A DNA stretch of 64,000 nt, taken from Monocercomonoides exilis PA203 (taxonomy: Eukaryota; Protista; Preaxostyla). Position 1 is the first letter of the stretch. The number at the start of each line of letters is the position of its first letter. Positions 51,265 through 62,936 of this stretch are shown here, piece by piece. The notes beneath the pieces were generated by a model that did not search any database, was not told the origin of the DNA, and was given only the letters and a program-made list of their open reading frames with translations. The position numbers and the translations under genes were made by a program. The DNA is taken from contig LSRY02000012.1 of assembly GCA_001643675.2 (NCBI GenBank), positions 186,001 through 250,000 of the forward strand. Reading direction: 5' to 3'.

Positions 51265-52342
51265 CTTTAATAACAGATCAATACCATTGTAAATGTTTGG
51301 ATTATTTTTTCGTTAAATATCGTTATGAAATGGATAAATTTGAATGTGATAACATATTCATATAAATCATTGCAAATTTTCTTTTGAGTTATTGAGACTG
51401 ATCAAAAGAGTCGTAATATAAGTTTTGATTTTCACAATGAATCCTTTTTTTTTCAAGCTCGAAGTTAAAATATAAATATTCCATTTCTTCATTGCTTATT
51501 TTCTATAAAAGAAAGTTATTATTTCAAATGTTAAAGATAACCTTTTTCGTTTTAAAATAACGTATTTTAAAATGATGTTTTTAATCTCATTGGAAATAAT
51601 TAGAAGTTCTGATACTTTTTTGAGAAAAATCACATGCATTAATTTATAAAAATATATTGACGAATGTTTATGATTAGTTTTATGTTTTGAGGATCTAAGT
51701 TTGAAATAAAAATCCTTTCAAAAGATTTGATGGAAATATTAGAATAGAAAGGTATTTAAAAAAATAAAATCTTTCTAACATGATGTTTCAATCTTAAATT
51801 GTATATATTGATGTTGTACAAAAGAAATCATTGAATGGCCTTTGTCTGGAAGACAGTTATTAGAGAATAATAGTTTTTTGTTATCATCAATTGCAACAAA
51901 TTTACAAAGCTAACCAACGGTGTGTTGTTTATAGTTCATTCGTAAATTTATGAAAAAGTTCCAAAGCTATTTGAAAATTATATTTATCCTTTTCAAAAGA
52001 GAAATAATAATTTTGTGTAATAAAAATAAGTTTTAATCATTATTATATCCAAAAAAATTTTCTTCACAAAATTGATGAAAATCAAAATGCTTCGAGATTT
52101 TCGTTTACTGTGTTATTTTTCTTTATTAAAATCAAACGAAAGTTTGAAATAAACAAGTGTTTTCCTTTCATTGATAAACAGTTACCGATACTTCTCTCTC
52201 ATCAAAATTCGTTTATATATTGAAAAGAAAAAGAAATATTGACGAATGTTTGTTAAACCAATATTTATTCTAAAAAATTTATTATGCCAAAAAATATTTG
52301 AGATCCAAAGATAACTGCTTTTGCTCGTAACAGAAAAGTGAA

Positions 52343-53596
52343 ATGGAGAGTTCTTCTAATTTGTTGATAGCTCCATTAAGTAGATTGGATAAAAAAACAG
52401 GAAAGGAAGCACACTTTTCGCAGAGGCAAAGGCAGGCTATTCGGCGGAATGGAATATTTTCGATGGAAAAGAAAGGGGTTGAACTTTATTACGAATGTGT
52501 GGTAAAAATTAAATAATATTGCCTATTTTTTATATTTCTTTTATAAAAATATGCAAAGTGTACGGAGAAGGGAAGAAAAAGGTGATATTTGTCTGCGGAC
52601 TTGGTGATCCAATGGATGATTGGAGAAGGACAGTACTTTCTTTGTTAATGCATGAAGAGTTCGAAATTTGTTTATTTAATAATCGCGGAGTTCGTGAGAG
52701 CAAATTTAGGAATGTGCGATTAACGTTTGCAATCATTAATATTTTGAAATTTTATCATAATAATCTTTATATAATCCGAATTTTGTTTCACTAATAATTT
52801 CGCATTTTTGCAATAATAAAAGAACTTCTCAAATGGCGAGCGATGTTGTGGAATTGGCAAAATTTCTTGGATGGGAAAAAATAAACATTTGCGGATTTTC
52901 GATGGGAGGATTTATTGTCACGGAATTGATTTGTTTAAAGCCGGATCTTCTTGAATCTGCAATAATCGTAGGCGGTTCAAGTGGACGCTTTTTTCCTTCT
53001 TCGTATATGTTCAAGAATGTGTCAAAGATGCTATTGAGTCGAAATGAGGAAGATGCAAGAGAGATTCTTTATAAAACAAAAATATCTGATTATCATCTTG
53101 AGCATCCTCATCCAGAATTTGGAGGAGAAACAGGACTGGAATTTATTAAAAGACCACTTTCTGAACTTCCTTTCCCCGAAGATCGTCCACCGATTCATAC
53201 TTTATTTGCTCATTGTTTGGCTTGTTGGACTCATTATGTATCGCTTGAAAGATTGAATGAAGCCAAAAAAAAGATTGATTATCCTATCCTTGTGATTCAT
53301 GGAACTGATGACAAAATTGTTCCTTTTTCTCATGGAGAATATATTGCCAAGCATTTGGATGCCCAGTTTTATCCATTTCATAATTGCGGACATATCGTTT
53401 TTATGTATGATTTCTTTTTTTTTTTATGTCATTATGTTTTTTGACGAAAAACTCTTTTCCATTATTTAGTGAAGAAACTGAAAAGTTTAATGATTTGGTT
53501 ACGCGATTCTTTTTAAATTTGCCACTTCCCTCAAACGAGAAGTCAATTGACAAATTGTCTTCATTTGCTACATCTCAATCATCATCTTCTTCATAA
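52343..53596 (+). CDS. Alpha/beta-fold hydrolase (4 exons)
   Basis: ELYYE|LYGEG..VIFVCGLG, FNNRGV, MASDVVELAKFLGW, nucleophile GFSMGG, acid HGTDDKIV and histidine CGH; GT-AG introns in phase. Confidence 0.9.
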
Positions 53597-53963
53597 TGTT
53601 ATGCTAGTCTTTCGATTTTTAGTTTCAGCTCTATGAATGTAATCTCTTCATTTTGTACATCCCTTACATTCTCAAACTTGTTTACATGTTTTTTTATAAA
53701 TAAATGTAATTGAAGTTAAAGATTGTATGCTATGAATATGCTTATTAATTTTCAAATGGAATAGTATTTTCTTTAGATTATAGTTTTGTGATGTTTCCTA
53801 TTATTATTCATTTGACAACCAACAATGTTGAATTTTTTATTTTCGATAACCGAATATGGGACGAAATATTTTGCTTTATGAATTTTGTTCCATTCTACTC
53901 AAACAAATATTTTTCTCAATTTTAGTATTTTTCTGTATTTTTTTGACATGGGAATGAAAGACT

Positions 53964-54310
53964 GGTAAGAGTGGACTCAACCGACACCCTAAAATTGACA
54001 CACATAATCATTTTTCCAACATATTAAATGATAAGTACTTATAGTATTCAAATTTTATTTAGAAAAGTAACTCAATACAAATAATAAAAATCATCTTCTT
54101 TCTTATCATTAAAATACAAAAATAATTGGATTTTCTATGAAAACCTTAACTTTTTTACCTTTTCTTAACCCATGCAAATAAAACGCGAAAACAATTAGTC
54201 GTATAACACTAAAAAATCTTCAATTCAGAGCTTGTTTAAGAAAAGAAATAACAATAATATAAATATAAAGTGTGTCATCCTAATAGGTGTTGCTTGATTT
54301 ATCTTTTACC
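53964..54310. mobile_element. Merlin-like MITE (347 bp) with 8-bp TSD GAAAGACT
   Basis: Exact direct repeat GAAAGACT at 53956-63 and 54311-18. Degenerate ~40-bp TIR GGTAAGAG...GACACC...TGACACAC / GTGTGTCA...GGTGTT...CTTTTACC. Confidence 0.7.
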
Positions 54311-54337
54311 GAAAGACTTATAATGATAAGGTTGGAA

Positions 54338-56151
54338 AAAATTTTTGGAACAATTCGTTGAATTTTTCATAAATTCAAAAATATTGTCACATAGGTTTGT
54401 ATTTTTATTGACACCAGTTTTTTTATTGGCACCAAAAATTATCTTCCGTATCTTCATTTCATTAAAGCTCATAAATCTGTTTCATAACATAAGGGGGAAA
54501 ATACGGACTTTCAAGCTATTTTTGCACAGGGCATAGAAAAACAACTTCGTTCACATCTTTATTTCGCTTTCTCAGATTTCAAAATAAATCGGATTTAATA
54601 ATTTCTAAACAGAAATCATAGAAATCAAAACATAAAGCATAATGACATTTCACGAATGTCAAAAAATGGCATATTTTTATTAAGTTTTTTGATCACAAAA
54701 AGTCAATGAAAAGTGCATAATTTTTCAATGAAAATGCATGAAGTCAAATATTTTGTCCCATAAGTACAATAAACATATTAAAATTAAGCAGCACGTAAAA
54801 TATTTTTTTTAAAAACTTTCTCAGAAAAACGTTCTAATAATTTTTAACTTTCATATTTCGATCAATGTTTTGCTCGTATTTTCTTGACTGATTGCAGTTG
54901 CGAGTTTTCATCACGGAATTCACAAAAACAACTGTATTTTCAGTATTTGTCACTTATTCGTTATATTTTGAATCATTTATTTAAGCATATTTTTGCATTT
55001 CACCATTTTTGTCAAAACATGCAAAATCAAGCGAATGTGTTTGTTTTGCACAAAATGGTTATGGTGTGTGCATAAACCCGCACTTGTGCAAAAACCCGCA
55101 CACTTGACATTTTCTTTCAAAATACTCTTCCACTTTTATATATGTGAAAGCGTTTGGCATTTTGATACCACCTATAACTTTTTTTTGTCCAATATTAAGT
55201 ATTTCGAATGAAAAATCAAAAACAAAAATTTTTGATCTTTTTTGATCTTCGGATCAAAAATTTTTGTTTTTGATTTTTCATTCGAAATACTTAATATTGG
55301 ACAAAAAAAAGTTATAGGTGGTATCAAAATGCCAAACGCTTTCACATATATAAAAGTGGAAGAGTATTTTGAAAGAAAATGTCAAGTGTGCGGGTTTTTG
55401 CACAAGTGCGGGTTTATGCACACACCATAACCATTTTGTGCAAAACAAACACATTCGCTTGATTTTGCATGTTTTGACAAAAATGGTGAAATGCAAAAAT
55501 ATGCTTAAATAAATGATTCAAAATATAACGAATAAGTGACAAATACTGAAAATACAGTTGTTTTTGTGAATTCCGTGATGAAAACTCGCAACTGCAATCA
55601 GTCAAGAAAATACGAGCAAAACATTGATCGAAATATGAAAGTTAAAAATTATTAGAACGTTTTTCTGAGAAAGTTTTTAAAAAAAATATTTTACGTGCTG
55701 CTTAATTTTAATATGTTTATTGTACTTATGGGACAAAATATTTGACTTCATGCATTTTCATTGAAAAATTATGCACTTTTCATTGACTTTTTGTGATCAA
55801 AAAACTTAATAAAAATATGCCATTTTTTGACATTCGTGAAATGTCATTATGCTTTATGTTTTGATTTCTATGATTTCTGTTTAGAAATTATTAAATCCGA
55901 TTTATTTTGAAATCTGAGAAAGCGAAATAAAGATGTGAACGAAGTTGTTTTTCTATGCCCTGTGCAAAAATAGCTTGAAAGTCCGTATTTTCCCCCTTAT
56001 GTTATGAAACAGATTTATGAGCTTTAATGAAATGAAGATACGGAAGATAATTTTTGGTGCCAATAAAAAAACTGGTGTCAATAAAAATACAAACCTATGT
56101 GACAATATTTTTGAATTTATGAAAAATTCAACGAATTGTTCCAAAAATTTT
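54338..56151. repeat. 1.8-kb palindrome: 900-bp arms (54338-55237, 55252-56151) with a 14-nt spacer
   Basis: The arms are reverse complements (mirror positions sum to 110489). The ORF track shows identical mirrored ORFs (54884+/55605-, 54993+/55496-). No mismatch was seen by eye. Confidence 0.97.
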
Positions 56152-56642
56152 CTTTGTCGTATCATTCCAAATCTGATATTCCCGTGAATAATAATAAAGA
56201 AAAATAACCACAAGTTTAGAAAAACATCAATAGTGATGGTGTTGAACAAAATTCATAAAACAAAAAACTTCTTCCCATATTACAAAAATCCAAGTTGAAA
56301 ATTTGGTTTTTAATCGTTGCGTTATATTTTGCATCATTCAATTATTTTGTTGAAAAATATTTTAATATTTGAAAGATACTGTTGTTCTTTATTCGCAGAC
56401 AAATAATAAATTGAAATGTTATAAAAAAATGAAAGTCAAGAAAAAGCAAATGAGAAAAATGATAAAGCATAACTATTCTTATGGTAAGTCAAAGCTTTTC
56501 GTTATATTCAGAAACTGATGTTTTTACAATTTACTGTAATTAAATGCTTAAAGATGGCATTGAAAAGCCTGTATGGTTCAACCTTTTTGATAAAATAAAT
56601 ATTTTGTTTTCATTTCCTTCATTCATAAATTTCCTCATAAAG

Positions 56643-56691
56643 TTTTTTTTTTTTTTTTTTTTTTTTTTTATTTATTTTATTTTTTTTTTTT
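56643..56691. repeat. Poly-T tract
   Basis: Long T run with a few A interruptions. Confidence 0.85.
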
Positions 56692-57584
56692 AATTGAAGT
56701 TGATTTTAATGTTTGAATATTCAAATTCTCATCGACATTTATTCAAGAAATGTTCATTGTCATGTTGTTCTCTGCCTTTTATATCTTTTTAATAAATGAT
56801 TTTTATTTTTTTAAATTTAATTTCGAATATTTCTAATTGATCTTTCTTTTTCAAACTGATAGGATCCTTTCCTTCTTTTCATGAATATAAATGCCTTTTG
56901 ATTTTTTTAAAATTGATTTTTTCTGGAAGATTCGTTTGGCTTTATTGTTCATTAAAAAAATTATGCTTTTTTTCCTGTTGAGTGCAATTTCTTTTACTTT
57001 TTCTTTTCTTTTCTTTCTTCTAATTTTCCAACAGACTTTTGTTTATCTATTTTATTTAAAAAAAGAAATATGCATGTGAATTTATATGTATTTTCTTGCA
57101 TGTTTCATATTGTCCATTATTGTTGCTTTTTTTGCTGTGAAATGATATGTGTTTATTTTTCTATTTATGCATTTGCATTTTTGATAATTTTTTGTCATTG
57201 AAACTGAAATTTTTTCTTGAAAAAGCAAAGCACTATTTTTATATTTTAATTCCTTTAGCTGCAATAGCTTGCCTATTATAAATTATTGTAGTTATTTTTC
57301 TTCAATTTTGTATTGTTATTTGGCTGTATTTTCTTTTTATGAAATAACATATAAATTTAAACAATTTTTTAGAAGTTAACAAAACATCAAAATCAAATTG
57401 AATGAAAAAAAAAATAATAAACAGATCATGAGCGAATATTTTCTAAAAGAACAAAATATTCTGTGTTGAAGCGGAATATCAATAAATGAGAATGATTTAA
57501 CCAAAATTATCAAAGTGAAAAAAGTGAGATGAGAAAAATTCTTATTATATTAAGATCTACAGTTATTTTAAAGTTTTTTAATTT

Positions 57585-60500
57585 ATGTTTGAAGAAACGG
57601 AGTATATTTCCCGTGCAGAAGTGAGCGAGCCTCTCACTCAAATTATAAATTCAGGGTTGTGCGAATTTAAAAATCAGTTGGCAGAATTTTACAAACAATT
57701 AAATACTTCATTTGATCCATCTTCTGCTACTCATGACGCAGTTTGCAAATTAAAAAATTTACTTTTTCTACTTACAATAATATTTTCTTTGCTTAATTAT
57801 GAAATTTGAAAAAATTTATTTTTCATGTTCAAAGCTTGATGAAGCTCAAGCCGAATCTGAAGGAACTCTCATTCGTTATGCAGATTACATCCTTGGATAT
57901 ATCGTAACAAAATACGGAATCGAAGGGAAAGGAGGATTAACTGTATGCTTTTTATTTTTTCTACGTTTGGACATTTGAATCGAAATTTGTTAAATAAATT
58001 AAAATTCAGAGCAAAGAAGAAGATGTTGCTGAACAAATAATGGATATGAAATTACAATTGGAGGTTTGACTTATCAAGAAACATTTTTCCTTTTGATTTA
58101 TTGTTTAGAATTCAAATGAAAGAAACAGAAGAGCAAATACTCAAATGGATATTTTGAAGGGGCAGTTGGAGCGAAGGGACAAAATGCTAGCCGAACAAAG
58201 AGCACTTTTTTATAAAGAGTTACTTGCACTTAGAGAACAAGTTTTTCCCCCTATTTTCTTTTTTCTCCTTTCTTTCAAGCAACGTCAATTTATTGTAGTT
58301 ATTTCAAAAAACAAGAATTGGAGAGGCATATAAGCCTGAGCAAATGGATTTATTTAATCCAGAAGCATGGTTGGACAATTTATTAAAATCTTCAGGAAAT
58401 TCAGAAGAAGACGATGAACAGAGAAAGAAACGAACACAAGCTTTGGTTGATCAGATGAATGCGAAATTTTCAGATGAAAGGAAAAAGCTCGAAAGTCAAA
58501 TAAAAGTTTGCTACTTTTCTTTCAAAAACATTGCATATGCATTTGATAATAATTGTTTTCTTTCTTTCTTTCTTTTTTTTTTTTCCTTTTTAAAAATTTT
58601 GACATTATACTTTTTTTGAATTTAACATTCTCTTTAAACTGCATCTTCAAAACAATAACATGATTTTAATAAACTTTAAAACTTTGCTACATTATTCATC
58701 ATAAACTTTGAACAACACGTGCACCTCAAATACATTTTTTTCACATTCAAACATTTATCACCATTTCACCATCCTCATCAACAACACTCTCATTCACACA
58801 TGCACACACTTATATAAATATATTCCTTCATTTCAGATTATGCAGCGAGAATATGCCTCGAAGATGTCTGAGTTCGAGAAGCTGGCGTCGTCACGAGAAG
58901 AAGAGCTGCAGAACAAGATCGACAAGCTGAACGCTGACCAAAGCGCTGAGCTCGACCAGCTCACTCAGCTGCACCAACACGAAGTAGAAGTGCTGCGCAG
59001 GCAGCTGGAGGAGCAGACGACGCTGCTCAAAAAGGAGAAAGACGAGCTCGCTGCGAAGCTGACTGAGGAGTTCACAGAGAGACTGAAGAGAGAAGGCGCA
59101 GAATTGCAGGCGCGCTCCCGCCAGCTGCAGGACAAAGTGAGTCAGATGCAGGCTGAGTGCGAAGAGCTGCGCCGGCTGCTCAGCCAGACACAAGGCAACC
59201 TCGCGCAGCTGGAGGCAGACGAGGCTATCAGAAAGGAGGATCTGAAGAGGGCGATCATCGACCGAGACCAGCTGCAGAACGAGCTGAACCAGCTGCGCAC
59301 AAGCCAGTCGCTAAAAGGGGCAGAGCTGGAGTCGCTGGAGAAGCGGCTGAAGGAAGCAGAGGAAGCGAAGCAGAAGAGCGAAGAGGCGCTGGAGCAGACA
59401 CAGCAGCAGCTGAAGGACACGCAATCAGCAGCGGAAAGGACAGAAAGCGAGCTCAAAGCGACGGAGCGGAGGCTGAGGAAGAACGAGGAGGAGCTGCAGA
59501 AGGTGAAAGAGAGAGAAGAAGCACTGGACAAAGAGCTGGAGGAGACGAAGCAAGTTGTGGAAGACCTCCGAAGGCAGCTGGAGGCATCGTCGTCAGCTGC
59601 GTCTGCGTCGTCGAAGTCGGCGGTGCAGGCAGCAGAAGAGCAGAAGAAGGAGTTTGCCAGGCAGCAGCGGGAGTTTGAGGCGAAGGAGGTGGAGCTGATG
59701 CGAAGAGTGCGCGAACTGGAGGCGAAGGAGAGCGAGTATGACAACATGGCGAAGGAGCTGAACAGGCTCAGAGCAAAAGACATGGCCAGCAACTTGAGCC
59801 AGGCTGTGGGTGGAGTTGGAAGTGGAAGTGGAAGAGGGAATTATGGAAAGGGAGACAGGAGAAGCGGCAGTGGGGGATACAATGGGAGTGAGAGGGAAGG
59901 AGAAGGAGAAGGAGAAGATGGAGGACTGAACTCACCAGATGGCAGCCAAATTAGAGTCAGAGGCGGATTCAGCATGCGTTCGGGCGATGGAAGCGACGGG
60001 GGGCATCTGATGGATGTGGACGACTCGTTTGACGAAGACAGAGACGGACGCATTAAAACAAGGGGATTTTCTGGACTGCGAAATGGAGGTGATGGAGAAG
60101 GAGAAGGAGGAGGAGAAGGAGAAGGAAAGGAGAATGAATATGACAGCGAGAATGAGAACAATGGATTTGGAGGAAGAGGAAGAGGAGGAAGAGAAGGAGA
60201 AGGAGATGAAGGAGATGGGAATGAAGACTCAAAGAGGAGAGGAGAGCAGATGCTGCAAGGCTTGGAAGAGCTGGCTAAAGGGGCAGAAAAGGAAAAGATT
60301 CTGAAGAAGCAGCGAGCTGTCAGTAACTGGCAGATACTTCTGATGAAACTGAGGCACAAGCAGATGATGGAGAGGCTGCCAGAGTGGAAGGCGCAGGCAG
60401 AGGAAGATGATGAGAGCAACGACGGAGAATACACACACGGAGAAATTAGTGATGACGGAGAAATGAAAAGGAGAGGATTTGGCCGTGGAGCAGATGGAGA

Positions 60501-62431
60501 AGAAGCAGATGACTATATGGATAGAACAAGAGGGTTTGAGAGAGAAGGAAGAGAAGGAAGAGACAGTCGAGCACAAAGCGGAAGCAGAGGAAGCAGACCA
60601 GCCAGTGGGGAAGACTCTGAATATTTGAGGTCGCTGCGGGAGAAGCAGGATAACTGGGACAAACGAGAAGGGAGGAAGAACAACACCGGAGGCGAATTCC
60701 GACTGAAGAAGAGGAGGCGGAAGAGCAGAGTGAAGCGCTTTCTGGATGCGATGTCTGCTCGCCAGCGCGCAGCCGAGGCGCAGCTGCAGAAGCTGAGGGA
60801 GCTGATTGAGGCAGAGCGGCGGAAGAACCTCGAAAGAGTGCTGAATGCGGTGTCTCTTCTGGTTTTGCCAGACGACTCAGCACAGAAATACTTCACATCG
60901 CCTGCTTCGTCGTACATCCCGTCGGTCTCTCCGGCTGCTCCGCTGATGTCGACGGCAATTGTCACAGCTGTCCCATCCACAGCGCAGTCGGCACAGCAGA
61001 CAGCAACAACAAACAGATCGACTCTTTTGTCGCATCCATCAGCCACTCCACAAACATACACTATTTCCACTTCAGCTTCTTCTTCTTCTTCTTCTTCTGC
61101 CCAAGCAGCTGGCTCGCCTTATCGCTATCACAACACTTCTGGTGCCTCACCTTCTCCTTCACCTGCTTCTGCACACGGAACGGGACTGACTCAGATGCAC
61201 AAACACTCTCCACTCCCTCGAAGACATTCCAATATCTCTGGAGGAACCAGCTCATCATCATCATCCTCAGCAGGAGCACTGGACTATCCTTTCTCTGATG
61301 GCAGCAATGGCTATCCATCCGATTATATCTTAGATGGGCCGAAATACACTGCCTCGTCGGCTGTCCCTTCGCTTTCGCCTCGTTTTGCCACGCTGACTGG
61401 AGGAGTGCCCGGTGGGCATGGCACAATTGTGACAGTCCGCTCAGGGGCATTTGGGCTGGAGCTGACGACAGACACAGACAGAGAGAGAGAAAGAGTGAGA
61501 GAGTTGGGAGAGAGAGGAGAGAGAGGGGAAGGAGACAGGAGTGGGAGAGAACAGAAAGGGAAGGAAAGAGAAAGAGAAAGAGAAAGAGAAAGAGAAAGAG
61601 AAAGAGACGGAGAGCAAGGCAAAGCTGGCGACCACACATCGCTTCTCACCCCGCGCGAGAGAGGAGGATACAACCCTTCTTCCCCAAGCTCATCTCCTCT
61701 TTCGTCTGCTGCTGTCACTTCATCGCCATTTCACCCGTCTTCTGCTTCTCTGCTCAGAACACCCACAACCACAAAGAGAGGAACAAACAGTATGCTAAAT
61801 TGATTGATGATACATTTGAAGATGATTTTGAGATGTTTTCGCATTTAATCAAAAATTTGTAATCATTTATTTTATTTTCTTTTAATTGCAACATTTAATG
61901 TTTTGTTTTTTGTGGAATTAATTTCATCTTATTTGAAATGCTTTCATTACCAAACCACATTTTTAAAAAATAACATTTTATATTTTTTTATTCGTTTTTC
62001 ATTCAGCCTTTTCAGACCCCTACCAATCACCCTCGCCTTCACAAGACCCTGCAGCCATCACACAGTACTTCTTCCCTTCACGAAAATTGACTCAGACGAG
62101 AAGGGGACTGTCAGCCACAACAGGTTCAGCAGCAACAGACAGAGAGAAAATGCGGAAGAAAGACAAAGAAGAGAGCATTCCTTCACTCACATCCACACCC
62201 ATTTCAAAGAAAACGTCCATTTCACCTTCATCATCACCACAGACACGAGCTGTGTCTTCTGAACAGCAGCGCCTTCAGACAAATGCAGACACCCACTCAA
62301 ACACACCAAGCAAGCCATCTTCTGCATCACATGCTGCGAGAGAAGGGGGAACAAAGCCACAAAGAATGAATGTGGCACGATACTACAACACAAACATCAT
62401 CAGAAGAGCACAGGAAATAACTCATAAATGA
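57585..62431 (+). CDS. Hypothetical coiled-coil protein with G/E/R- and Ser-rich C-terminal half (about 7 exons)
   Basis: Several short GT-AG-bounded exons (MFEETEYIS..., LDEAQAESEG..., MDILKGQLERRDK..., MDLFNPEAW...) lead into a large exon ~58837-61790, which splices in phase to 62007-62431. Confidence 0.75.
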
Positions 62432-62936
62432 GTTTTTTTTCGTTTCATGGATACATTTTTACCTCTAAAAAAACATTTTATTTTCATTTATTTGCTTAAA
62501 AACTGTTTTTTTTTTTTGTTTGTTATTATGTTTTGGAATAGCTATTTATTTGTACCTAACTGACTGGTGCATAAATGCATTTCCAGCTATCTTTATGTAG
62601 ATTTTTTTGTTCTGTTCACATTTTTATGTTATTCCTTGTATTATTGTCAATATCAACATTTCTCACTTTCACCAATTTTGGATTAGAATAAATCCGTTTC
62701 CTTTTTCATTTTCATGTAATTTTATTGATGGTTCATTTGTTTGAATCAATTGTATTTCTTTTTTTGGATATCGTTATGTTTAAGCTGAAGTTGAAATTTT
62801 CTTTTCATTTCCAACAAACAAAGAAAAAGTTATGTTATTCGACATTTTCTTTCTTTTTTTAAATTAAAAGAAAAAGAATATCAAAAATATAAATACTTCA
62901 ATGATGAACAAAGACCACCATATTCCATCAAACTCT

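Noticed and set aside
54345-56249. Duplicated small ORFs on opposite strands
   Set aside because: They are a by-product of the palindrome: AT-rich, TTG-started and not protein-like.
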